Assembly: GCA_964650645.1 (NCBI GenBank)
Contig: CAZYUH010000001.1
Coordinates: 219,032 to 283,031 of the forward strand
Length of the DNA: 64,000 bases
Source: an uncultured Candidatus Saccharibacteria bacterium
GTDB taxonomy: Bacteria; Patescibacteriota; Minisyncoccia; Phycocordibacterales; SBAW01
Reading direction: 5' to 3'
The notes beneath the pieces were generated by a model. The model did not search any database and was not told where the DNA came from. It saw nothing but the letters and a program-made list of their open reading frames with translations. A program made the position numbers and the translations under genes. Positions within the stretch are counted from its first letter, which is position 1. Each line of letters opens with the position of its first letter. Shown piece by piece: positions 26,803-35,891 of the stretch.

Positions 26803-26875
26803 GGTCGGGGTGCCCAGAATCGAACTGGGTCAGCCTGCTCCCAAAGCAGGTGTACTACCGGTATACGACACCCCG
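26802..26875 (-). tRNA. tRNA-Pro (anticodon UGG), CCA encoded
   Basis: Hand-folded. Anticodon loop TTTGGGA. The 3' CCA overlaps the methyltransferase start codon by 1 nt. Confidence 0.8.
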
Positions 26876-26981
26876 TCTAAATGTTCCACCCCACACAAGC
26901 GCACTATCGGCACACGACACCCTGAAACACAGCCACTGTAGCACAAATTAACGATGTCCTTTATGTCCTTTACGAAAGGCA

Positions 26982-27401
26982 TTACAAAATAACGTTTTCT
27001 AACACCTCCACCTTTGCCTTACGGGAACCAAAGTCTAAATATACGCACGCTACGTCTATTTGCCACTCCCTTTCTTGTGGAACCTTATGATCTATAAGGT
27101 AGGTCTGAATGGCTCTATGGAGCCGTTTTAGCTTTGCCAGGTGGACGTTTTCTTCAGGGCGATAGGTTCCACGTGAACCATTTCCCTCCCCTGTTCCATG
27201 TGAAACTCCCCCACCATGGGTTACACTAACGCTTTTTACTTCAATAAAGTGAAGCTTGTGAGCTTTTTGGGCCACGATATCTATTTCGCCCCACGGCTTA
27301 AGGTAGTTACGTTCAAGCACGCAATATCCCCTATCCTTTAAATAGGTACAGGCAACACCCTCTCCCACATCCCCCACTTGTCGTTTAATAGTTTTAGCCA
27401 T
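26982..27401 (-). CDS. YraN/UPF0102-family endonuclease-like protein carrying an internal Gly-rich insertion
   Basis: GEIDIVAQK...FIEVKS core motifs are present. About 20 aa (VTHGGGVSHGTGEGNGSRGT) are inserted, encoded by two copies of a GTTCCA(C/T)GTGAAC motif. Local GC is clearly lower than the surrounding sequence. Confidence 0.55.
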   Translation of the reverse strand: MAKTIKRQVGDVGEGVACTYLKDRGYCVLERNYLKPWGEIDIVAQKAHKLHFIEVKSVSVTHGGGVSHGTGEGNGSRGTYRPEENVHLAKLKRLHRAIQTYLIDHKVPQEREWQIDVACVYLDFGSRKAKVEVLENVIL

Positions 27402-27770
27402 GTTCCACGTGAACCCTAACAGTATATTGTTTCATATGAAACATATATGCAGACTTAGACTTTAAAAGTCGCCTCAGAGACGTCTTTTAGTACACATGTC
27501 CCCAATTTTATCCACAGTTGTCCCCAAATGTCTTGTCCCTGAAGGGCTTTACTGTCCACACCTCTGGCGCGATAGGGGAAAGTGCTTTGTGGTAGTCGCG
27601 AGTCGGTACCGCAAGAAGGGACTTAGCGTCTTCTGGTCAGGCGTTCAAAAGCCGCCGTCGCGGCTTTTGCCGCACGACCCTGCCTCGCGGATTCGCCTGC
27701 TGGCGAATCAACGCTCCGGCTCACATCTAAGCACAAAACCTGCCGCAGGGCAGGTTTTGAGTCTAAGATG

Positions 27771-27843
27771 TGCGCTCGGAGGGACTCGAACCCCCAACCC
27801 CTTGGTTCGAAGCCAAGTACTCTATCCATTGAGCTACGAGCGC
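27771..27843 (-). tRNA. tRNA-Arg (anticodon UCG)
   Basis: Hand-folded. Acceptor GCGCTCG, anticodon loop CTTCGAA, T-arm GGGGTTCGAGTCCCT. Confidence 0.8.
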
Positions 27844-27903
27844 AGATTATACAATCCGTCAGGGCTAGTCTACCAGTAAAAACATGCTATAGTCATCTTC
27901 GAA

Positions 27904-27974
27904 GCGGTTATGGTTTAGTGGTAGAACACCTCCTTGCCAAGGAGGAGACGGGAGTTCGATTCTCCCTAACCGCA
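27904..27974 (+). tRNA. tRNA-Gly (anticodon GCC)
   Basis: Hand-folded. Acceptor GCGGTTA/TAACCGC, anticodon loop TTGCCAA. Confidence 0.8.
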
Positions 27975-27988
27975 CACTGAATTCGCCT

Positions 27989-29464
27989 ATGCACATACAG
28001 CCCAGCCTGATACCTCAAGAGGTGCGCGGGGTGACCGAAGCGCTCGAGAGGGCAGGGCACGAGGCCTATGTCGTAGGCGGGTGCGTGCGCGATCTCCTTT
28101 TGGGCCGCACCCCAAAAGACTGGGACGTCACCACCAACGCCACGCCCGAAGAGATCCAATCGCTGTTTGAGGAGACGTTTTACACCAACGAGTTCGGCAC
28201 CGTAGGCGTCGTAAACGCCGCCGTGAGCGACGAAAGGCTCAAGGTGGTAGAGGTAACACCATACCGCCTTGAAGGCCGCTACAGCGACGCCAGGAGGCCC
28301 GACAGCGTAGTTTTCAGCCAGACTATCGCCGATGACCTTAAAAGGCGCGACTTTACCGTCAACGCGCTCGCGTACAGCCCGGCAACGGGGGAGTTAATTG
28401 ACCTTTACGACGGGATAAAAGACATAGAGGGGCGGATACTGCGCGCAGTGGGGGAGCCTAAGGCCCGCTTCGAGGAGGATGCCTTGCGTTTGCTGCGCGC
28501 CGTGCGCATCGCGGCCGAGCTCGGTTTTGCCATAGAAGGGCACACCTTGGCTGCCATAGGAGAGACCGCCGGCCGGCTCGAGAAGATATCAAAGGAGCGC
28601 ATCCAGGCGGAGTTCGTGAGGATTATCAACTCTCCGAAGCCCATGGACGCGCTGGAGCTGTGCCAGAAGCTGGGCCTTTTGCGCTACATGGTGCCAGAGC
28701 TGGAGGAGGGGATAGGCGTCGAGCAGAACCAGGCCCACCGCTTTGACGTATGGGAGCACAACCTGCGCTCCCTCCAGCATGCCGCCGACAAGAACTGGCC
28801 CTTTAGCGTCCGCCTTGCCGCCCTGTTTCATGACATTGGAAAGCCCCGAAGCCGCCGCTACGACGAAGGCAAGAAGGATTGGACGTTCCACGGCCACGAC
28901 GTAGTAGGGGCCCGGATGACCAAAAAAGCGTTGGAAACCCTCAAGTTTCCACGTGAAACGGTGGCCCTGACGGTAAATTTAGTGCGTTGGCATATGTTTT
29001 TCAGCGACCCGGACAAGATTACGCTCTCGGCGGTGCGCCGCATCATACGCAACGTGGGGCCCGAGCACATAGAGGAGCTCATACATCTGCGCATCTGCGA
29101 CCGTATAGGCACCGGTCGCCCCAAGGAGCAGCCCTTTAGGCTCCGCAAGTACCAGGCCATGATAGACGAAGCCCTGCGCGACCCGATAAGCGTCGGCATG
29201 CTGAACATTGACGGCAAGCGCCTTATGGAGGTTACACGCGAAACGCCAGGCCCTAAGTTCGGCTGGACCCTGCATGCGCTTTTAGAAGAAGTGCTGGATG
29301 ACCCGAAGAAAAACACGCCCGAATACCTGGAGCGCAGGGCAGGGGAGCTTATGGCGCTTCCAGAGGCAGAACTCAAGGCGCTGGGTGCCGAAGGAAAGGA
29401 AAAGCAGGCCGAGGTAGAGGCGGCAGAAATAAAAGACATCCACAAGAAGCACTTTGTAGACTAG
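27989..29464 (+). CDS. cca: CCA-adding enzyme / poly(A) polymerase-family nucleotidyltransferase with HD domain
   Basis: GGCVRDLLLGRTPKDWDVTT head motif plus an HD domain (LFHDIGK). Confidence 0.85.
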   Translation: MHIQPSLIPQEVRGVTEALERAGHEAYVVGGCVRDLLLGRTPKDWDVTTNATPEEIQSLFEETFYTNEFGTVGVVNAAVSDERLKVVEVTPYRLEGRYSDARRPDSVVFSQTIADDLKRRDFTVNALAYSPATGELIDLYDGIKDIEGRILRAVGEPKARFEEDALRLLRAVRIAAELGFAIEGHTLAAIGETAGRLEKISKERIQAEFVRIINSPKPMDALELCQKLGLLRYMVPELEEGIGVEQNQAHRFDVWEHNLRSLQHAADKNWPFSVRLAALFHDIGKPRSRRYDEGKKDWTFHGHDVVGARMTKKALETLKFPRETVALTVNLVRWHMFFSDPDKITLSAVRRIIRNVGPEHIEELIHLRICDRIGTGRPKEQPFRLRKYQAMIDEALRDPISVGMLNIDGKRLMEVTRETPGPKFGWTLHALLEEVLDDPKKNTPEYLERRAGELMALPEAELKALGAEGKEKQAEVEAAEIKDIHKKHFVD

Positions 29465-29954
29465 AACTGTCCTTTCTGTCTTATAAACACAGTTATCCCC
29501 ACGGCTGTCCTTTACGTTGTCTTTTAAAGCGCGTACTATCAACTGCAGAGAGCGATTACATACTCACTCGAACCACTCTTCAAGTTGTTTGAATGACTAC
29601 CGTAAGTCAGGAGTTCTTTCCACAACAAGTTTTATGTCACGCCTTGCCCTGTGCGCAGACATAAGACAACAGGAATCTGCAGGTTCCTGGTGTCGCTTTA
29701 CGAACACTCTTTAGGAAGGAGGATGTAAATCCCTCACCCTTCTAAAAAATGGATTAACACATCCGCGCAACCGCTTGTCCGACCGAGGATCAACGGCCAA
29801 GTAAAAAAAGAATGCTCATAAAGTACCGACACGAAAACAAGCCACCGCACGAGGATACATAAAAACTCCACCCTCTACCGGTGGCTTTTGTATTTTCCAG
29901 GACCGCAGAAGTCGGAAGCCTTGAGTCCGGGGAAGGGAAGCGGTAACATCCCTT

Positions 29955-30467
29955 TTATACAAGCCCCTCAAGGCGAACCGAAAGGCTCCTCATTGCATCC
30001 CGCAGGGATTTCCGCTCAGAAAGGCTCAACTCTTCAAGACAGGCCTTGCCGGCATACCGGGCGACCTGCGCATACAGCTCTTTTTCGGGCACATGTCCCA
30101 AAATCGCGTCAAAATCCTGAATTAGGGAGGGTAAAGTGCTTTCAAGAGTCCTGTTTGCCTCTTTTGCCTCCTCTAGGCGCTTGTCGGTCAGCTTTTTTAG
30201 CTCAAGCGGATGAGTCGGGGCAAAAACGGATACTTTGCCCGGCTCGTCCTTTCTGGACACCAACCCCAGCGTTTCAAGCTCATCCAGCACCTTATAGCTG
30301 AGCGTTCGGGGCACCCCGGCCAAGAAGGCAAGGCGGGTGGCCTTCTGCGGTCCTCGCTGTATGAGCACTTCATAAATAGTAGCTTGATGGGTCGTAAGCC
30401 CCGCTTGAGCCAACGCGTGACGAACCCCCTCGCTAGTTGCCTTGTAGTCAATGGCCACGCAACCCAC
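29955..30467 (-). CDS. winged-helix transcriptional regulator (TrmB/MarR-like)
   Basis: N-terminal wHTH (ATIYEVLIQRGPQKATRLAFLAGVPRTLSYKVLDELETLGLVSR) with a coiled C-terminal domain. Sits in a lower-GC patch. Confidence 0.5.
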   Translation of the reverse strand: MGCVAIDYKATSEGVRHALAQAGLTTHQATIYEVLIQRGPQKATRLAFLAGVPRTLSYKVLDELETLGLVSRKDEPGKVSVFAPTHPLELKKLTDKRLEEAKEANRTLESTLPSLIQDFDAILGHVPEKELYAQVARYAGKACLEELSLSERKSLRDAMRSLSVRLEGLV

Positions 30468-30552
30468 TCTACACCCATTTTAGTATTTTGTCACAAACTA
30501 GTTACAAAAATATTTTTCAAATAGAAGCAAAGTATTTTGTTGGTATACAAAT

Positions 30553-31353
30553 TTATTTAAGCTCCAACACGACGGGGCAGTGGTCCGACCCCATGACATT
30601 GGCGAGGATTTTGGAGGATTTGACCCTTTTTTGGAGCGCCCTGGACACGAACCAGTAGTCGATGCGCCACCCCACGTTGCGCTCGCGGGACAGGGCAAAA
30701 TGGCTCCACCAGGTGTAGTGGCCCGGCCCCTTGGTAAAAAGCCGGAAGGTGTCTACGAACCCGGCCGCCAGCATAGCGTCGATGCCGGAGCGCTCCTCCT
30801 GCGTAAACCCCTTCTTTCCTTCGTTGGGTTTGGGGTTGGCGAGGTCGTCGGGGGTATGGGCCACATTGAGGTCGCCGCAGAAGGCTACCGGCTTTTCCTT
30901 GTCTAAACGCTTCATATACTCCAAAAATGCCGGGTCCCATTGCTTATGGCGCAAGGGGATGCGGGAAAGGTCGTCCTTGGAGTTAGGCGTATAGACGGTC
31001 ACCACGAAGAGGTCTTCAAGCTCAATGGCTATGACCCGGCCCTCCTTATTGGGGTCGCCGTACCCGTCCTCATGGAGCCTGTACTTCGCGCAGAGGTCCT
31101 CGGGCAGGCCGTGGATCTCGTCGAGGACCTCGATATCCTTTTTTATAAAGATGGCGGTGCCGCTGTAGCCCTTCTTTTCCGCGCTATTCCAGAACTCCTC
31201 GTACTGGAGCAGGTCTACCTGCGCCTGGCCGCGCTCGGCTTTGGTTTCCTGCAGGCAGATGACGTCGGGCTTCTCTTTTTTGACAAATTCCTGGAACGCG
31301 CCCTTTTTAACCACGGCGCGGATGCCGTTGACGTTCCACGACGCGAGCTTCAT
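30553..31353 (-). CDS. xth: exodeoxyribonuclease III
   Basis: MKLASWNVNGIRA...CLQETK and overall ExoIII/APE-family similarity. Confidence 0.9.
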   Translation of the reverse strand: MKLASWNVNGIRAVVKKGAFQEFVKKEKPDVICLQETKAERGQAQVDLLQYEEFWNSAEKKGYSGTAIFIKKDIEVLDEIHGLPEDLCAKYRLHEDGYGDPNKEGRVIAIELEDLFVVTVYTPNSKDDLSRIPLRHKQWDPAFLEYMKRLDKEKPVAFCGDLNVAHTPDDLANPKPNEGKKGFTQEERSGIDAMLAAGFVDTFRLFTKGPGHYTWWSHFALSRERNVGWRIDYWFVSRALQKRVKSSKILANVMGSDHCPVVLELK

Positions 31354-31450
31354 ACCGCAATACTAGCAGAAAAGGCGCGGCGATGGCGCGTTTGGGCGCA
31401 TGCGCGAACCTGTAACAGCGGCGCTTGCACACTTCCGAAGAAAAGGGTAG

Positions 31451-31753
31451 TTGTACTTGCTGGAACGAAAAGGGAGAATCCGCGTGACTGATTGCGCCAG
31501 GCTTACCGACTCGCAGCTGCTAGGCGAGCTGCACGAAAAGAGGGACTATCTTACAGGGGAGGTGTTCCGCGCCCTGTACGACAGGGACTACCGGAGGCAT
31601 TTCGACGCTTACAAGAAGAGCGGCGCGCTTCCGGCGCAGGCGCGAAAGGCCTGCGAAGCGTTCCTCGATAGCGGCACGCCGCTCGAAAATATTGCCGACC
31701 GGGTTTTGCCGGAGCCGAAACCGGCACGCTCACCACTTGCGGCAGTAGCCTGA
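31451..31753 (+). CDS. hypothetical protein
   Basis: 100 aa ORF with no recognisable family. Confidence 0.3.
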   Translation: MYLLERKGRIRVTDCARLTDSQLLGELHEKRDYLTGEVFRALYDRDYRRHFDAYKKSGALPAQARKACEAFLDSGTPLENIADRVLPEPKPARSPLAAVA

Positions 31754-31870
31754 GCGGCACCCCGGCAATAACACGCGCCAGGGCACAAGACAAACAAGCG
31801 GCTCCGAAACGAGCCGCTTTTGCTTTGCCATGGCGGCGCGCTACACGCGGCGCCGGCCGTGGAACCCCGC

Positions 31871-32803
31871 TTACTTCCTCCGTTTTCCATGAAAACGGTG
31901 ATGCACCTCGCGCAGGTGCTTGTCGGTCACGTGGGTGTAGACCTGGGTCGTCGCGATATTCTGGTGGCCTAAAAGCGCCTGCACGCTCCTTAAGTCGGCG
32001 CCGTTCTCAAGGAGGTCGGTAGCGAACGAGTGCCGGATGACGTGCGGAGTGACCTTGCGCGTGATGCCCGCCTTGACGGCGTAGCGCTTGATGATGCGCT
32101 CGATTGAGCGGGGAGTGAGCCGCAGGTCCTTGGCGTTTTTCGAGTTCTTGCCCATCTGCGCGAACAGGGCGTCGTCTATGTCGCCGCGCTTGTCGAGGTA
32201 CTTCCGTATAGCGTCCTTGGCGGCGGGGGAGAGGAACACGACGCGCACCTTCTCGCCCTTGCCGCGCACGGAAAACTCGTCGCGCGAAAGGTCGAGGTCG
32301 CGGTTAAGCCCGCAGAGCTCCGAGACGCGCAGGCCGGTCGAGAACAAAAGCTCGAGAATGGCCTTGTCGCGCAAGGCGGCAAGCATCGCGTTCCGGCTCT
32401 TGCCCTGCGCCGGGGCCGCGGGCCCCGCCATGAGACGCTCAAGCTCGCTTGCCGATATGAGGTCAAGGTCGCGCTGGCCGACCTTGGCAAGCTCGATGCG
32501 CTCCGGGTTGAGGCTTTCTATGTCGCGCCGGCGCAGGAACTTGAGGAACGCGCGCAGGGAAATCATGTAGTAGTTGATGGTCTTGAGCTTCATCGTCCCC
32601 GACGCGCCCGGCCGGCGGTTGAGGTGGATGCGGAACTCGCGTATAGCCTGCTCGGTGAGCTTCTGGGGGGAGGATATGCCCGAGTGGTCCAAAAAGCGCG
32701 AAAGGTAGCGGTCGTAGTTCTCGACCGTCTTTATCGAGCGGCCCTTTTCAATCTCCAAATACTCCAAAAACTGGGATTTAAGCTCCCTTAGGTCGGCGGC
32801 CAT
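31871..32803 (-). CDS. xerC: tyrosine site-specific recombinase XerC/XerD
   Basis: N-terminal SAM-like domain ([23 protein letters not shown]) and catalytic R..HxxR..Y in the C-domain ([12 protein letters not shown]...TQVYTH). Confidence 0.85.
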   Translation of the reverse strand: MAADLRELKSQFLEYLEIEKGRSIKTVENYDRYLSRFLDHSGISSPQKLTEQAIREFRIHLNRRPGASGTMKLKTINYYMISLRAFLKFLRRRDIESLNPERIELAKVGQRDLDLISASELERLMAGPAAPAQGKSRNAMLAALRDKAILELLFSTGLRVSELCGLNRDLDLSRDEFSVRGKGEKVRVVFLSPAAKDAIRKYLDKRGDIDDALFAQMGKNSKNAKDLRLTPRSIERIIKRYAVKAGITRKVTPHVIRHSFATDLLENGADLRSVQALLGHQNIATTQVYTHVTDKHLREVHHRFHGKRRK

Positions 32804-32929
32804 GCTTACAGTATACGTCGCAAAATATCGCGAGCCCGCCCCGGAGGCGGGCCGGGAAGGCCTTGCGTAAAAGTCCCGCCTGTGCTATGCTTATTGACAC
32901 AGGGCGAAAACGCTTCTGTTTATATAAAA

Positions 32930-33196
32930 ATGCTTACCAAGCAGAAAAAGGCGAAGACTATTAAGGACACCGGCATCCACGAGAAGGATACCGGCTCTCC
33001 CGAGGTGCAGGTTGCCCTCCTTTCCAAGAAGATAGACGAGCTTACGTCGCATCTTAAGAAGCACCTGAAGGACAAGCACAGCCGCCGCGGGCTTTTGCAG
33101 ATGGTGGCCGACCGCCGCACCCATTTGAAGTACCTGGAAGGCAAGGACAAGAAGCGCTACAACGCGCTTATAAAGAAGCTGGGCCTCAAGAAGTAA
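32930..33196 (+). CDS. rpsO: 30S ribosomal protein S15
   Basis: [45 protein letters not shown]... matches bS15. Start taken at the second in-frame start; the track ORF begins at a GTG 48 nt upstream. Confidence 0.9.
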   Translation: MLTKQKKAKTIKDTGIHEKDTGSPEVQVALLSKKIDELTSHLKKHLKDKHSRRGLLQMVADRRTHLKYLEGKDKKRYNALIKKLGLKK

Positions 33197-33346
33197 TTTT
33201 CCGCCGCTTTGCGGTTCATGAAATATTGCGCCCGCCGGGTGTATACTCTAGCAGTACCTGTTCGATTTATTTTTTAGTTTCTCGCACGGCCCTGCGGCGC
33301 GCGGCGTATCGTTCGCCCGCTCCCTTGGCCGGAGCGGGCGTACCAT

Positions 33347-34021
33347 ATGGCTATCATCAAGCACAAAAGCCAGCGCGTCGGCGTATTCATTGACACGCAG
33401 AACCTTTATCACAGCGCCAAGAACCTGTACAAGGCCAAGGTGAACTTCGGCCAGGTCGTGAAGGAGGCGCTCGCGGGCCGCACGCTCATCCGCGCGGTGG
33501 CCTACGTCATACGCACCGAGTCCGAGGAGGAGAAGGGCTTCTTCGAGGCGCTCAACAAGCTCGGCATCGAGACGAAGGTGAAGGATATCCGCATCTTCGC
33601 CGGCGGGGCCAAGAAGGCCGACTGGGACCTGGGCACCGTCATAGACATGGTGGCCATGGCGCAGAAGCTCGACACGATAATACTGGCGACGGGCGACGGC
33701 GACTTCGTGCCCGTCGTCGAGTACCTCAAGTACGCGCACGGCTGCCAGGTCGAGGTCATCGCCTTCGGCAAGTCATCTTCAGGGCAGCTGCGCGAGGCGG
33801 CAGACGACTTTATCGACATGTGCGACGACCCGCGCAACTACCTCATCGGCTACCGCGGGGGCTCCAAGTGGATACCGGGCTTCGGCGCGGCAGGCCAGGA
33901 CCGCAACGGCGGCAGGGTGAACGCCGACACGAGCCCCGACACCACGGAAGCGCCCGCCGACACGCTGAAAGACTGGGAAGGGGAGGAGGACCCCGCGATA
34001 AAGATGTCCGGAGAGGAATAA
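33347..34021 (+). CDS. NYN-domain (LabA/Marf1-like) putative RNase
   Basis: VGVFIDTQNLYHSAK...ILATGDGDFVPVVEYLK are NYN/PIN-like catalytic-core motifs, with an acidic C-tail. Confidence 0.7.
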   Translation: MAIIKHKSQRVGVFIDTQNLYHSAKNLYKAKVNFGQVVKEALAGRTLIRAVAYVIRTESEEEKGFFEALNKLGIETKVKDIRIFAGGAKKADWDLGTVIDMVAMAQKLDTIILATGDGDFVPVVEYLKYAHGCQVEVIAFGKSSSGQLREAADDFIDMCDDPRNYLIGYRGGSKWIPGFGAAGQDRNGGRVNADTSPDTTEAPADTLKDWEGEEDPAIKMSGEE

Positions 34022-34084
34022 AAGGGCCTCCCGGAAAAAAGCCCGCGCTTCGCAAAGCGCGGGCTTTTTTGCTACTCTTCATCC

Positions 34085-35749
34085 ATGCAGGCAAAACGCT
34101 ACGCGCTTACTGTTGGGGGCAGGGAGATGGTCGCCGAGTTCACCGATATGGCCGAACAGGCTCACGGCTCGGTCATGCTCCGCTATGGCGACACGGTCGT
34201 GCTCGCGACCGCCGTCATGTCTTCCCGCGCGCGCGATGACATAGACTACGTCCCGCTGAGCGTCAGCTTCGAGGAGCGCCACTACGCCGCGGGCGCGATA
34301 CCCGGCAGCGGCAGCCGCCGCGAGGACGGCCAGACCGAGAGCGCGGTTACTTCCGGGCGCGCCGTGGACCGCGCCATACGCCCGCTTTTCAGCGCGCATG
34401 AGCGGCGCGAGACGCAGGTGGTAGTGACCGTGCTTGCCCTCGGCGAGGACGACCCCCAGCACGCCGCGATAAACGCCGCGTCTTTGGCGCTCGCAACCTC
34501 GCCCATACCGTGGGGCGGGCCGGTGGCCGCCGTGCGCATCGGCTCCGGGCAAGCGGTCAATCCGACTTATAAGGAACGGGAGGGCATGCGGCTCGATATG
34601 CTGGCATGCGGGAAGGGCGGCGCGATAACCATGATTGAAGCCGGGGCAGGGGAGGCGAGCGAGGAAGAAGTGGTGGAAGGGCTTGCGCGCGCGGCGCAGG
34701 AGCACGCCGCGATACTGGCGTGGCAGGAGGGAATCGTGCGGGACATAGGGAAGCCCAAGGCCGCCGTGCAGGCGCAGGAGATACCGGAGGCGCTCGCGGA
34801 CCTGTTTGAAAGCGGCTTTGCCGGGCGCGTGGAAGCGGCCCTGTTCTGCGGCGCGCCGGGCGGCGGCGCGCTCCGCGCGCTTAAGGACGAGTGGCTCAAG
34901 AGGGCGGGGGAGCGCGCGGAATTCGCGAGCGCGAAGGGCGCGGCCAAGCGCTTATTTGAAGACAAGGTAGACGCTGAAATCCGCCGCGGGGCGGTTGAAG
35001 GCAAGCGCGCCGACGCCCGCGCCATGGACGAGCTGCGCCCCCTGTACGCGAAAGCCGGCGGCATCTCGCCCGTCCTGCACGGCTCGGGCATCTTTTACCG
35101 CGGCGGCACGCACGTATTGTCCGCGCTCGCCTTGGGCAGCCTCGATAAGGCGCGGGCGCTGGACACGATGGAGAAGCGCGGGGCCTCGCAGAGGCTCATG
35201 CACCATTACAACTTCCCGCCGTACTCTACGGGCGAGACGGGGCGCACAGGCCCCAATCGCCGCGCCATCGGCCACGGCAGGCTCGCCGAAAAGGCGCTCG
35301 AAGCCGTGCTTCCGGACGAGCGCGCGTTCCCGTACGCCGTGCGCCTGGTGTCCGAATGCTTGTCCTCCAACGGCTCCACCTCCATGGCTTCCGTCTGCGC
35401 CTCCTCGCTCGCGCTCATGGACGGCGGCGTTCCCATAAAGGCGCATGTCGCGGGCATCGCGATGGGGCTCATGCTCGGCGAAGGCTACGCGCCCGGCAAC
35501 GGCGCATACAAGGTGCTGACCGACATACAGGGCCCTGAGGACGAGTTCGGCGACATGGATTTCAAGATTGCGGGCACGCGCGCGGGCATTACCGCCATGC
35601 AGATGGACACGAAGCTCGAAGGCGTCCCGCTTGCGATACTCGCCGAGGCGCTCGCGGGGGCGAAAGCGGCGCGGCTGGAGATTTTAGGCGTCATGGAAAA
35701 GGAGATTGCCCGTCCGCGCGCGCAGGTACGCCTGAAAGCGGCGCGCTAG
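34085..35749 (+). CDS. pnp: polynucleotide phosphorylase core (two RNase-PH domains), lacking C-terminal KH and S1 domains
   Basis: 554 aa. It aligns to PNPase through ...ILGVMEKEIARPR and then stops. No KH/S1-like sequence follows in any frame. Confidence 0.8.
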   Translation: MQAKRYALTVGGREMVAEFTDMAEQAHGSVMLRYGDTVVLATAVMSSRARDDIDYVPLSVSFEERHYAAGAIPGSGSRREDGQTESAVTSGRAVDRAIRPLFSAHERRETQVVVTVLALGEDDPQHAAINAASLALATSPIPWGGPVAAVRIGSGQAVNPTYKEREGMRLDMLACGKGGAITMIEAGAGEASEEEVVEGLARAAQEHAAILAWQEGIVRDIGKPKAAVQAQEIPEALADLFESGFAGRVEAALFCGAPGGGALRALKDEWLKRAGERAEFASAKGAAKRLFEDKVDAEIRRGAVEGKRADARAMDELRPLYAKAGGISPVLHGSGIFYRGGTHVLSALALGSLDKARALDTMEKRGASQRLMHHYNFPPYSTGETGRTGPNRRAIGHGRLAEKALEAVLPDERAFPYAVRLVSECLSSNGSTSMASVCASSLALMDGGVPIKAHVAGIAMGLMLGEGYAPGNGAYKVLTDIQGPEDEFGDMDFKIAGTRAGITAMQMDTKLEGVPLAILAEALAGAKAARLEILGVMEKEIARPRAQVRLKAAR

Positions 35750-35891
35750 CAAAAATCAACAGCGGCGCGCGCAAAGCGGCAGCCGAGAGGAAAGTCCGCG
35801 GTATGATAGGAGGGAAAGGCGACAAGGGCCGCGCGCAGCCTTCGCAGGAAGCGGCCGTTGCGCCGCCGGCAAAGGACCCGCTTAGCATTAC

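Noticed and set aside
27430-27770. Search by eye for RNase P RNA (GGAAAGUCCGG), tmRNA (tRNA-like 3' end) or 6S RNA in the structured gap.
   Set aside because: No conserved signature was found. Left as a generic ncRNA candidate in the findings.
29880-29990. GAGTCCGGGGAAGGGAAGCGG resembling the SRP-RNA domain IV motif (GGUCCGGAAGGAAGCAGC).
   Set aside because: The flanks cannot form the required long helix, and the surrounding sequence does not match 4.5S/SRP RNA.
31871-32803. Tyrosine recombinase near the tRNA cluster as the integrase of an integrated element.
   Set aside because: The N-terminal SAM-like domain and motif pattern match chromosomal XerC/XerD. It is separated from the tRNAs by core genes (cca, xth). 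No attL/attR-like tRNA 3' duplication was seen.
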